Shown here: piece by piece, positions 1 to 8,859 of the stretch
How positions within the stretch are numbered: the first letter of the stretch is position 1
Layout of the letters: each line of letters starts with the position of its first letter
Sequence record: SRR31156797_3432
Direction: 5' to 3' (one strand)
Length of the DNA: 64,000 bases
Notes under the pieces: generated by a model
Databases searched by the model: none
Seen by the model: the letters and a program-made list of their open reading frames with translations, nothing else
What the model was told of the DNA's origin: nothing
Translations under genes and position numbers: made by a program

Positions 1-79
1 AGTGACCAGCGGGAACGCCAGAAGTGGTCGCCTAGAATATATTCTCAGTGTTGTGATACGCCTCAAGGTGCCAACCTTG
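1..79. repeat. Family A structured intergenic element, copy 1 (overlaps the cbiE 3' end)
   Basis: GT-GA-CC-AGC-GG-GA-AC hairpin, CTCAGTGTTGTGATACGCC core, CAAGGT-GCCA-ACCTTG terminal hairpin; matches elements at 33593, 33711 and 41011. Confidence 0.7.
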
Positions 80-671
80 TTTCTAGCACGATTAGTACAC
101 GTGAGCTGTCCATTGACTCGTCCGGGTCGTAGAATATCTGCTCTGTATCCAGTGAGACGTCTTTCATAACTGTGATGTCAAACTTTTCTTTCAGGTCAGG
201 ATTATCTTTGAGTATCTGCTCAGGTGTGTTCATTCTGTCGCATAAGAGAACCGTATCGTCGCTGATCTCAGAGAGTTTCTCCGCCTGTTTTACAGATTTA
301 AAGCTGAAATCCTGCCATGAGTTTTTGATAGATGCGAAACCTGCTGAAACGCTGCTCACACCGGGGATTACTTCTACACTATCACGTCCGAAATGCTGAA
401 TGATAAACTTTGCCATAGAGAAGAAGCCAGCATCACCGCCTACTAAAACACCGATCTTTTTATCCTGATTCTGCTCGATATATTCGATGCTTCCGGTTCG
501 CATTCTGTCTGGGCATATGCACTCTTTGTGTGAGGCAAATGTGTCGAGGGATTCACGGAAGCCTATGATAACATCCTGCTTATCAATTGCCTGCTGTCCT
601 CTTACTGTTATAAGGTCTTTAGCGCCGGGACCGACAGAAATAATTGTGATATTAAACTTTTTATCTGGCAT
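63..671 (-). CDS. cbiE: Precorrin-6y/cobalt-precorrin-7 C5-methyltransferase, CbiE-like tetrapyrrole methylase
   Basis: SVGPGAKDLIT, VGGDAGFFS and VIPGVSS tetrapyrrole methylase motifs; 202 aa. Confidence 0.75.
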   Translation of the reverse strand: MPDKKFNITIISVGPGAKDLITVRGQQAIDKQDVIIGFRESLDTFASHKECICPDRMRTGSIEYIEQNQDKKIGVLVGGDAGFFSMAKFIIQHFGRDSVEVIPGVSSVSAGFASIKNSWQDFSFKSVKQAEKLSEISDDTVLLCDRMNTPEQILKDNPDLKEKFDITVMKDVSLDTEQIFYDPDESMDSSRVLIVLETRLAP

Positions 672-821
672 AATGCACCTTTACGGAATACTTTATAACT
701 ATATTACAACTAATGACCTTACTGTTCAATATTTTATCACCTTATAAAATTACTCTTTTATAGCATTGAACGGTTGAAAATTTTAGGATTTCTGCTAAAG
801 TCAGACGGGGGTAAAATAGCT

Positions 822-1529
822 ATGAAACCTGAAATAATAGTCGCTTTGGATTTTGATAACCTAGATGCTGCGAAAAAGATTGTCGAGTCAGCCGGAGATG
901 CCGTTAGCTGGTATAAGGTTGGGCTTGAGCTTTTCGTTTCTGATGGACAAAAGGTTATCGAATATCTCAAACAGCAAGAGAAGAAGATTTTTCTCGATCT
1001 TAAATTTCACGATATACCGAACACAGTTACAAAATCTGTTCTCGCTTCGCTCAAATATGAGACAGATATGGTAAATATGCACACTCAGGGCGGACCTGAG
1101 ATGATGCGTACAACTGTGGATAAGATAGATGAATACTGTGATAAGACAGGCGTTGTGAGACCTTTTCTCATAGGTGTAACACTCCTTACGTCGCTCGACG
1201 AAGAGTATCTGAAGCTCAACAAGCTAGGCTTTGAAACGAGCAGAGATTTTGTTATCCACCTCGCAGAAACAGCGAAAAATAGCGGACTTGACGGTGTTGT
1301 CTCCTCAGCACAAGAGACTCCGTTTATCAAAGATTCCGTTGGGAAAGACTTTATAACCGTTACTCCGGGGATAAGACCGCAGACAGCATCAGTAGATGAC
1401 CAGAAACGTGTGGTAACTCCGAAGGACGCAAAAGATATGGGAACAGACTTCATTGTTATAGGGCGACCTGTCACACAGGCGGACGACCCTAAAAAAGCAG
1501 CAATGATGATCAGGGAGGAAATGTGTTAA
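822..1529 (+). CDS. pyrF: Orotidine-5'-phosphate decarboxylase
   Basis: IIVALD, FLDLKFHDIPNTV, VTPGIRP, IVIGRP; ATG at 822 preferred over upstream TTG. Confidence 0.97.
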   Translation: MKPEIIVALDFDNLDAAKKIVESAGDAVSWYKVGLELFVSDGQKVIEYLKQQEKKIFLDLKFHDIPNTVTKSVLASLKYETDMVNMHTQGGPEMMRTTVDKIDEYCDKTGVVRPFLIGVTLLTSLDEEYLKLNKLGFETSRDFVIHLAETAKNSGLDGVVSSAQETPFIKDSVGKDFITVTPGIRPQTASVDDQKRVVTPKDAKDMGTDFIVIGRPVTQADDPKKAAMMIREEMC

Positions 1530-2101
1530 CCAAAGAACAAATACTTGAAATCTATAAAAGACATGACGCTCTTTTAGAAGGGCATTTTCTGCTCTCATCC
1601 GGTCTCCACTCTGACAGATTTTTACAGTCTGCACTTGTCATGCAGTACCCTGTAATAGCTGAGCAGGTAATACAGGAACTCACACTTCAGATGTACGATG
1701 TGAAGTTCACTACAGTGGTTAGTCCGGCTGTTGGCGGCATAAGATTTGGATATGAATTTGCAAGACAGCTAAAGAAAAGACAGGTTTTCACCGAAAGGGT
1801 AAATGAGGTAATGACTTTTAAAAGAGGATTTGCTCTCGAACCTGGTGAGAAAGTTGTCATAGCTGAGGACGTTGTTACTACCGGAAAATCTACAAAAGAG
1901 TGCATGAAAGCTGTCGAAGACGCTGGTGGCGATATCGTAGCTATTACGTGTCTTGTAGACAGAAGCAACGGTCAGGCTCAGTTCGATGTTCCTTTCTTTC
2001 CGTTGGTACAGGTTGATGTTTCTGTTTACGATCCGGCTGATTGTCCGCTTTGTAAGAAGGGACTTGATGTTGTTAAACCTGGTAGCAGGAACATAAAGTA
2101 A
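1523..2101 (+). CDS. pyrE: Orotate phosphoribosyltransferase
   Basis: GHFLLSSGLHS, PRPP motif EDVVTTGKS; overlaps pyrF. Confidence 0.95.
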   Translation: MLTKEQILEIYKRHDALLEGHFLLSSGLHSDRFLQSALVMQYPVIAEQVIQELTLQMYDVKFTTVVSPAVGGIRFGYEFARQLKKRQVFTERVNEVMTFKRGFALEPGEKVVIAEDVVTTGKSTKECMKAVEDAGGDIVAITCLVDRSNGQAQFDVPFFPLVQVDVSVYDPADCPLCKKGLDVVKPGSRNIK

Positions 2102-2147
2102 GTTTATTTTGGTGTTGTGTGGGATCTGGTAAAGGGAGAATATATCT

Positions 2148-2807
2148 TTGGAAAAGATAACTGACGTTGATAAGTTTTTATCAGTGAACCAAAAATTGCT
2201 TATTGAAATTAAAGTTGGCGAAAATGCGGGCATATATGATTCCCGCATAGATGACATACTTAATGAAGAACTGTACATACCTATGCCTTCTGTCAAAGGT
2301 ACGACAGTTCCATTAAAGCCGAACACTAAGCTTCATGTGTCCTATGTTATGAACAGAGGGCGATTGAGTTTTAAAACCATAGTCACAGACAGGTTTATGG
2401 ATCCGTTGCCGACTTTGAAGGTGACCAAGCCTAAGGTACTTTTCCGTGAAGAACTTAGGTCATTTTTCAGAGTTGATACGAGAATTCCTGTAAAGATTAT
2501 GGTAGATGTCGATGAAGATGATATAATTAAGCAGAAGATGTTTGAGGCGAAGGTGACAGACCTATCTGGTGGTGGGTGTAAAGTTTTTACTGATGCACCT
2601 ATCAAAAGCGGTGACCTCTTCGAAATCTTCTTTCTCGGGAATCTTGGCAATGTGGAGTCTGTCAAAGTTAAGGCTTGCCGTGTTGCAAAGGTTGAAGAGA
2701 ATGTAGAAGTAGGTACAGAGTTTTACGACATAAACCAAGGCGAAAGAGACAAGGTAATTAAGTATGTCTTTAAGAGACAGGTTGAAATGAAAAAGTTATT
2801 GGGGTAG
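2148..2807 (+). CDS. YcgR-like c-di-GMP receptor (PilZN + PilZ, flagellar brake type)
   Basis: RSFFR (RxxxR) and DLSGGG (DxSxxG) PilZ motifs with an N-terminal YcgR-like domain. Confidence 0.85.
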   Translation: MEKITDVDKFLSVNQKLLIEIKVGENAGIYDSRIDDILNEELYIPMPSVKGTTVPLKPNTKLHVSYVMNRGRLSFKTIVTDRFMDPLPTLKVTKPKVLFREELRSFFRVDTRIPVKIMVDVDEDDIIKQKMFEAKVTDLSGGGCKVFTDAPIKSGDLFEIFFLGNLGNVESVKVKACRVAKVEENVEVGTEFYDINQGERDKVIKYVFKRQVEMKKLLG

Positions 2808-2816
2808 GAGGATATT

Positions 2817-3161
2817 ATGGCTTTTAATAGTGAAATTGTTGAATTTGGTGACAAGAAATTTGCGACCCTATACCCTATTAACGAACTGGATTCGTATAAC
2901 GGCGAAGAGCTTAAGAAGCATGTTCTCGAGGTTGTGTCTGATGTTGACGCTTTTATAGTTAACTTTCAGAAAGTTACATACCTTAATTCAAGCGGGCTTC
3001 GTGAGCTTATCCAGATTCTTAAGGTGATGAAAGAGTATAATAAAGCTTTCTTCCTCACCGGTGTTAACAGAGAGATTATGAAAATTTTTACCAGTACGAA
3101 TCTTAATAAATTATTTAATATCTATGAAACGAACGAAGAGGCAATGAGGTTTCTTGTCTAA
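2817..3161 (+). CDS. STAS domain anti-sigma factor antagonist
   Basis: VTYLNSSGL motif, 114 aa, strong AGGAGG RBS. Confidence 0.88.
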   Translation: MAFNSEIVEFGDKKFATLYPINELDSYNGEELKKHVLEVVSDVDAFIVNFQKVTYLNSSGLRELIQILKVMKEYNKAFFLTGVNREIMKIFTSTNLNKLFNIYETNEEAMRFLV

Positions 3162-3172
3162 AGAGGGTGTAG

Positions 3173-4228
3173 TTGTCCGATAAAATCTATATAGACTCCA
3201 TGAGCCAAGAAGAGCTGCAGGAGTTTGTCTTATCCCTTGGAATGAAAAAGTTCCGTGGGGCTCAGCTTTATAAATGGACCTTTCATAAAGGTGTTGAGTC
3301 CATTTCTGACATGACAGATCTATCCGTTAAAGACAGAGAAGAACTGACAGGTATCTCCGCATTCACAGTTATGGATGTGGCAGAAATACGTGAGTCGAAG
3401 CTTGACGGTACAGTAAAGATGCTTTTCAGGCTTGAAGACGGTGAGCATATCGAAGCTGTTATCCTCAATGATGGGCGTAGGTATACTGCATGTATATCCT
3501 CACAGGTCGGCTGTAGGATGGGTTGTGCTTTCTGCTCAACAGCTAAGCTAGGGCTTAAGCGTAACCTCACAGCAGGAGAGATCATCAAGCAGGTAAAAAG
3601 GCTGAATGAGTATCTCGCTGAGAAGAGGGATATTAAGCTGAGCAATCTCGTTTTCATGGGGATGGGCGAACCGCTCGATAACCTTGATAATGTGAAAAAG
3701 GCTCTGGTTGTACTTCTTGACGATAACGGCTACGGCTTTTCTCATAAGAAGGTAACACTTTCAACATGCGGCATGACAGACAGGATATACGAGCTATTTG
3801 AGATGGATACACCAGTAAATCTGGCTGTGTCTATCAATTCTCCCGATCAGGAGATAAGAAAAGGCATTATGCCTGTCAGTAATAAATACCCATTAAGTGA
3901 TCTTATAGAACTGCTTACAAAGCTTCCAGTTCAAAAGCGCAAAAGTATAACTATTGAATATGTTCTCCTGAAAGGTATTAATGACTCGATGGAGGATGCA
4001 GCGAAACTTGTTAAGCTATTAAGAGGTTTGGACAAGCTTAAGGTTAATCTGATAACATACAATTCCGGCGGAGAGGCTGGTTATGAACCTCCGATGGAAA
4101 AAGATACTTTAAAATTTCAGGAATATCTGATAAGTAACAAGATTAGTGTATATATAAGAAAGTCTCTGGGGAGCGACATCGAAGGCGCATGTGGACAGCT
4201 CAGAGCGAAACACGATGAGTCTCAGTAA
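3173..4228 (+). CDS. rlmN: Dual-specificity 23S rRNA/tRNA m2A methyltransferase RlmN
   Basis: CISSQVGCRMGCAFC, FMGMGEPL, GACGQL. Confidence 0.96.
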   Translation: MSDKIYIDSMSQEELQEFVLSLGMKKFRGAQLYKWTFHKGVESISDMTDLSVKDREELTGISAFTVMDVAEIRESKLDGTVKMLFRLEDGEHIEAVILNDGRRYTACISSQVGCRMGCAFCSTAKLGLKRNLTAGEIIKQVKRLNEYLAEKRDIKLSNLVFMGMGEPLDNLDNVKKALVVLLDDNGYGFSHKKVTLSTCGMTDRIYELFEMDTPVNLAVSINSPDQEIRKGIMPVSNKYPLSDLIELLTKLPVQKRKSITIEYVLLKGINDSMEDAAKLVKLLRGLDKLKVNLITYNSGGEAGYEPPMEKDTLKFQEYLISNKISVYIRKSLGSDIEGACGQLRAKHDESQ

Positions 4229-4241
4229 GGCGGAGGTCGCC

Positions 4242-4463
4242 ATGAGTGATAGCAGTTTTGAGAAGAAAGTCAAAGACTTGGAAGAAATTGTAGAAAAGCT
4301 TGAAAGCGGTGAGCTTGAGATCGAAGAAACACTGAAGCTGTTTCAGGACGGGATGAAGCTAGGTAAAGATTGCCGCAAAATGCTTGATGAAATAGAGGAC
4401 AAGGTGAATAAAGTTCTGTCTGCGGAAGGTGAGCAGGTGGAAACGGAGCAGTTTAATGGCTGA
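4242..4463 (+). CDS. xseB: Exodeoxyribonuclease VII small subunit
   Basis: FEKKVKDLEEIVEKLESGEL pattern; GGAGG RBS before ATG 4242; upstream of ispA. Confidence 0.92.
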   Translation: MSDSSFEKKVKDLEEIVEKLESGELEIEETLKLFQDGMKLGKDCRKMLDEIEDKVNKVLSAEGEQVETEQFNG

Positions 4464-5355
4464 ATTTAATATGCAGAACTACCTCAAATTCTGGGGTTCT
4501 AAAGTTGAGGAGTTTTTCGAAACATATATGAGCTGTGACGATGACCATGTGAAAGGGCTTGTGGATTCCATGAGATATTCTCTTTTCGCAGGGGGTAAAA
4601 GACTTCGTCCGGCGCTGATATACTCTTCCTACGGCATATTCGAGGGCTATTTTGATAAGGTTACACCATTCGCTGGAGCTGTTGAGATGCTCCACACATA
4701 TTCACTTATCCATGATGATCTTCCTGCTATGGATGATGACGATATGCGCAGAGGTAAGCCGACTAATCATAAAATGTACGGTGACGCTACAGCTATTTTA
4801 GCTGGTGATGGACTCCTCACAAAAACCTTTGAGGTTATGACTAATACAGATATTAACCCTGATGTCGAGGCTTCTCAGATGCTTGAAGCCGCAAATAAAC
4901 TTGCAGATGCCACTGGTGACAGAGGTATGGTCGGCGGACAATTCGCTGATATGGAGGCAGAGGACGGTGTTTTTAACGCCTCTACTGTCGATTTTATACA
5001 TGCTAATAAGACATCCAGACTGATTTCTTACTGCTGTGAGCTGGGTGCTATCCTCGGTTTCGGTACAGATGAGGACAAGAAGCGTATGCGTGAATACGGA
5101 ATGCGTATAGGGCTTGCTTTTCAGGTGGTAGACGATATATTGGATATTACATCTACAACTGAGGAACTCGGTAAGGATGTTGGCAGTGATCAGGAGCGTG
5201 GAAAGGCGACTTATCCTGCTGTTTACGGGCTTGATGAATCTCATAAAAAGGCTGAACTGCTTATCGAAGAGGCGATGGAAATTATCTCCCCTTACGGTAA
5301 AACAGCGGAGCCTTGCAGAGAGATTGCCAAATTTATAATAGAGAGAAAAAACTAG
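4456..5355 (+). CDS. ispA: Farnesyl/geranylgeranyl diphosphate synthase
   Basis: GGKRLRP, SLIHDDLPAMDDDDMRRG, FQVVDDILD. Confidence 0.93.
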   Translation: MAEFNMQNYLKFWGSKVEEFFETYMSCDDDHVKGLVDSMRYSLFAGGKRLRPALIYSSYGIFEGYFDKVTPFAGAVEMLHTYSLIHDDLPAMDDDDMRRGKPTNHKMYGDATAILAGDGLLTKTFEVMTNTDINPDVEASQMLEAANKLADATGDRGMVGGQFADMEAEDGVFNASTVDFIHANKTSRLISYCCELGAILGFGTDEDKKRMREYGMRIGLAFQVVDDILDITSTTEELGKDVGSDQERGKATYPAVYGLDESHKKAELLIEEAMEIISPYGKTAEPCREIAKFIIERKN

Positions 5356-7212
5356 ATGTCATATCTGGATAGTCTGAAATTACCAGACGATATAAAAGAC
5401 CTTTCATATGAAGATCTTGAAAGGGTTGCTGAAGATGTGCGCCGCAGGATTATCGACACCTGTTCAAAGACCGGCGGTCACCTTGCACCGAGCCTTGGTG
5501 TTGTAGAGCTTACAATTGCCCTTTTGAAGATGTTTAACCCTGAGAGCGATAGAGTTATCTGGGATGTAGGGCATCAATCATACGCATTTAAAATCCTCAC
5601 CGACAGGAAAGATAGGTTTCACACCTTGCGCCAGTATAAAGGTATCTCAGGTTTTAACAAAGTAACTGAGTCAACCTTTGATGCTTTCGGCGTAGGGCAT
5701 ACAAGCACATCTATATCCGCAGGTGTCGGTATGCGTCTGGCGGACGAGATTACCGGACGTGAGCGCAAAATTATATCTGTAATCGGCGACGGTGCTATGA
5801 CAGCCGGAATGGCTTTTGAAGCGCTGAACAACCTCGGCGAGCTGGATAAGGATATGATAGTTATCCTCAATGATAATGAGATGTCTATCAGCCCGAACGT
5901 TGGCGGTTTTTCACATTATCTGTCTAATATGATGACAAGCAAATTTTACACACGTGTCCGTAAAGAGGTTCAGAATCAGCTCGAAGATAAACCTCTCGGA
6001 CCTAGACTCCTCAAAATCGCTAAAAAGATGGAAGAGGGGATGGTTGGATTTTTCACACCTGGTATCCTTTTCGAAGAGCTCGGGCTGAGATATATAGGTC
6101 CAGTTCAGGGGCATAAGACTAGTGATATCGTTAAAGCTCTTGAAAATGCTTTAGGGCAGGACGGACCGACACTAATTCATGTCCTTACAACTAAAGGTAA
6201 AGGTTATAAGCCAGCAGAGGATAACCCTTCGAAATTTCACGGGGTTGCTTCATTCGATATAGAAACAGGTAAATCTGTGAAGATCGCAGGGGCAAAATCA
6301 TACACCGAGATTTTTGGCGACACCTTAGTCGAGATGGCTGAGAATAACCAGAACATAGTCGGCATAAGTGCTGCGATGAAAGACGGTACTGGTCTTAATA
6401 TTTTCGAAGAGAAATTTCCTGATAGAGTTTTTGATGTTGGTATAGCTGAACAGCACGCTGTGACAATGGCTTCCGGTATGGCTATCAGTGGCTTAAAGCC
6501 TTTTGTAGCCGTATATTCTACATTCATGCAGAGAGCTTACGATCAGATTATCCATGATGTCGCCCTGCAAAATCTTCCGGTTGTACTCTGTCTTGACAGG
6601 GGCGGGCTGGTTGGTGCGGATGGTCCAACACATCACGGTTCATTTGATATATCATACCTTCGCTGTGTGCCTAACCTGACTGTAATGCTTCCGAAAGATG
6701 GCTATGAGCTTGCAGCTATGATGAAGATAGCTGAAACAACAAACTCTCCTGTAGCGATAAGGTATGCACGTGGTGAGGCGGGTAACTATGCTGATATAGA
6801 ACAGCAGAAAGTTGTCATGGGTGAGCCTCAGATAGTCAACAGGGGTGAGGATATCGCCATTGTTGCCGCTGGGCACATCTTCGAAGAGGCTTACGTCGCT
6901 TACAATAATCTCAAAGCGGAAGGGTTTAACCCGACGCTTATAAATATACGCTTTCTTAAACCTCTTAACGGTAAGATGATTGCTGATGCACTGGAAGGTG
7001 TTAAGGTTGTAGCGACAGTGGAAGAGGGGAGCCTGAAGGGCGGTGCTGGCGAAGAGATTCAGTCCATCCTGATGGATAACGGTATCTGCTGTAAAGTTGT
7101 TAAGTGTGGTCTGCCTGATAAGTTCATCGAACATGGTGATTTAAAGTCACTCCGCAAGATAGCCGGAATCGATTCTGATACTATCGTTAAGCGCATCAAA
7201 GAAAAAATCTAA
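5356..7212 (+). CDS. dxs: 1-deoxy-D-xylulose-5-phosphate synthase
   Basis: GGHLAPSLG, WDVGHQ, GDGAMT, GIAEQHAV, DGPTHHG. Confidence 0.97.
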   Translation: MSYLDSLKLPDDIKDLSYEDLERVAEDVRRRIIDTCSKTGGHLAPSLGVVELTIALLKMFNPESDRVIWDVGHQSYAFKILTDRKDRFHTLRQYKGISGFNKVTESTFDAFGVGHTSTSISAGVGMRLADEITGRERKIISVIGDGAMTAGMAFEALNNLGELDKDMIVILNDNEMSISPNVGGFSHYLSNMMTSKFYTRVRKEVQNQLEDKPLGPRLLKIAKKMEEGMVGFFTPGILFEELGLRYIGPVQGHKTSDIVKALENALGQDGPTLIHVLTTKGKGYKPAEDNPSKFHGVASFDIETGKSVKIAGAKSYTEIFGDTLVEMAENNQNIVGISAAMKDGTGLNIFEEKFPDRVFDVGIAEQHAVTMASGMAISGLKPFVAVYSTFMQRAYDQIIHDVALQNLPVVLCLDRGGLVGADGPTHHGSFDISYLRCVPNLTVMLPKDGYELAAMMKIAETTNSPVAIRYARGEAGNYADIEQQKVVMGEPQIVNRGEDIAIVAAGHIFEEAYVAYNNLKAEGFNPTLINIRFLKPLNGKMIADALEGVKVVATVEEGSLKGGAGEEIQSILMDNGICCKVVKCGLPDKFIEHGDLKSLRKIAGIDSDTIVKRIKEKI

Positions 7213-7214
7213 TC

Positions 7215-8024
7215 ATGGCAAAGGTTCGCAAGGAACGTATAGATAAACTCCTTGTAGAAAGGGAGCTGGTTGCTGATGTTGATGAGGCGGCTAAGTTTCT
7301 TATGGCTGGGCTTGTGGTTGTTGATGATCACAGAATCGACAAGGCTGGAACAATCGTTAAAGAGACGAGCGAAATTCGCCTGAAAACCCATATCCCTTAC
7401 GTCAGCCGTGGCGGTCTTAAGCTTGAGAAAGCACTCAAAGTATTTCCAATAGATTTTAACGGAAAGACTATCATTGATATAGGTGCGTCCACTGGCGGTT
7501 TCTCTGATGTTGCTTTACAGAATGGCGCATCAAAAGTTTTTTCCATAGATATTGGCAAAGGTCAGCTCGATCCTAAAGTTTATAATGATAAACGTGTTAC
7601 GGTTCTTGACAGTACAAATTTCAGAAATATTGAATTTGATATAATAGGCGAAAAGGCTGATATGTTCGTTGCGGACGTTTCATTCATTTCGCTTTCAATG
7701 ATATTTCCGTCGTGCACTCAGTTTGCTGAAAAAACAGAGTGTGTTTTCCTCATAAAACCTCAGTTTGAGGCTAAGCCTGGCGAGGTTGAAAAGGGCGGAA
7801 TAGTTCATGACCGTTCCATACACGAACGTGTTATAATGGAAGTGGCGCATTACGGCAGAGAAGCAGGTTTCGGGCTTGCAGGGCTGTGTGCATCCCCTAT
7901 CAAGGGAGCCAAAGGAAATGTTGAATATCTGGGCTATTTTGTATACAATGCCGACGCAGATATTACTGGTCTGGAAGAGATTATCAGGCAGGTGGTGTAT
8001 GAAGAATATTGCTATAATAGCTAA
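7215..8024 (+). CDS. tlyA: TlyA-family rRNA 2'-O-methyltransferase (S4 + FtsJ domains)
   Basis: YVSRGGLKL, DIGASTGGF, DVSFISL, LIKPQFE, GNVEY. Confidence 0.93.
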   Translation: MAKVRKERIDKLLVERELVADVDEAAKFLMAGLVVVDDHRIDKAGTIVKETSEIRLKTHIPYVSRGGLKLEKALKVFPIDFNGKTIIDIGASTGGFSDVALQNGASKVFSIDIGKGQLDPKVYNDKRVTVLDSTNFRNIEFDIIGEKADMFVADVSFISLSMIFPSCTQFAEKTECVFLIKPQFEAKPGEVEKGGIVHDRSIHERVIMEVAHYGREAGFGLAGLCASPIKGAKGNVEYLGYFVYNADADITGLEEIIRQVVYEEYCYNS

Positions 8025-8859
8025 GCCTCACGGCGACAGGGTTAAGCCCCTCATCTATGAGATAATGGGTTTTCTCTCCAATAGAGGCTGTAACATACTG
8101 AAAGATAAAAGAACTGCTGACGTTATCGGCGACAGTAAGTTTAATGAAGATGCTGAAATAAGTGAGCTGGCTGACCTTGTTGTTGTTCTTGGCGGCGATG
8201 GTACGCTAATCTCTGCCGTGCGTATATTGGGTGACAAAGAGACTCCTATACTCGGGATAAACCTCGGGCGGCTCGGTTTTCTCACTGAGACTGTTGCGGA
8301 TGATGCTGTGACTGCTCTTAAGGATGTTCTCGATGGTGACTATAAGATGGAACGCAGAATGAAGCTCCACTCTCACCTTTTAAAAGATGACGAAAAGATG
8401 CTCGAGATCGATGTTCTTAACGACATAGTGATCAACAAGTCTGATGCTGCGAGAATCTTTGAAACTACAGTATATATAGACGGCGCTCTGGTAAATGAAT
8501 ATCGTGCTGACGGGCTTATAATCGCCACCCCGACAGGCTCTACGGCATATAGCCTCGCCGCCGGTGGTCCTATTGTTTACCCTAGCCTCGAGACTATGAT
8601 AATCACGCCAATTTGCCCGCAGGGGCTTTCAAACAGACCTATTATCATTTCTGATGAGAGCGAGGTCACTATAAAAGTTAATGCTGAGAAGGAATCTGTT
8701 TCGATCACCTACGACGGGCAGGTTTTCCGCAAGCTTGATAAGCAGAAAACAATTACTGTAAAGAAAGCTAGTTCGGTGACTAATTTGATTGTTCCTAAGA
8801 ATAAAAACTATTTTTCACTTATCCGTGAGAAACTCGGCTGGGGTATTAGCCAATGCTAA
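7999..8859 (+). CDS. nadK: NAD kinase
   Basis: LGGDGT, GRLGFL, ADGLIIATPTGSTAYSL. Confidence 0.95.
   Translation: MKNIAIIAKPHGDRVKPLIYEIMGFLSNRGCNILKDKRTADVIGDSKFNEDAEISELADLVVVLGGDGTLISAVRILGDKETPILGINLGRLGFLTETVADDAVTALKDVLDGDYKMERRMKLHSHLLKDDEKMLEIDVLNDIVINKSDAARIFETTVYIDGALVNEYRADGLIIATPTGSTAYSLAAGGPIVYPSLETMIITPICPQGLSNRPIIISDESEVTIKVNAEKESVSITYDGQVFRKLDKQKTITVKKASSVTNLIVPKNKNYFSLIREKLGWGISQC

Noticed and set aside
1..79. Cobalamin riboswitch next to cbiE
   Set aside because: No B12-box found, and the same element occurs at loci unrelated to cobalamin.
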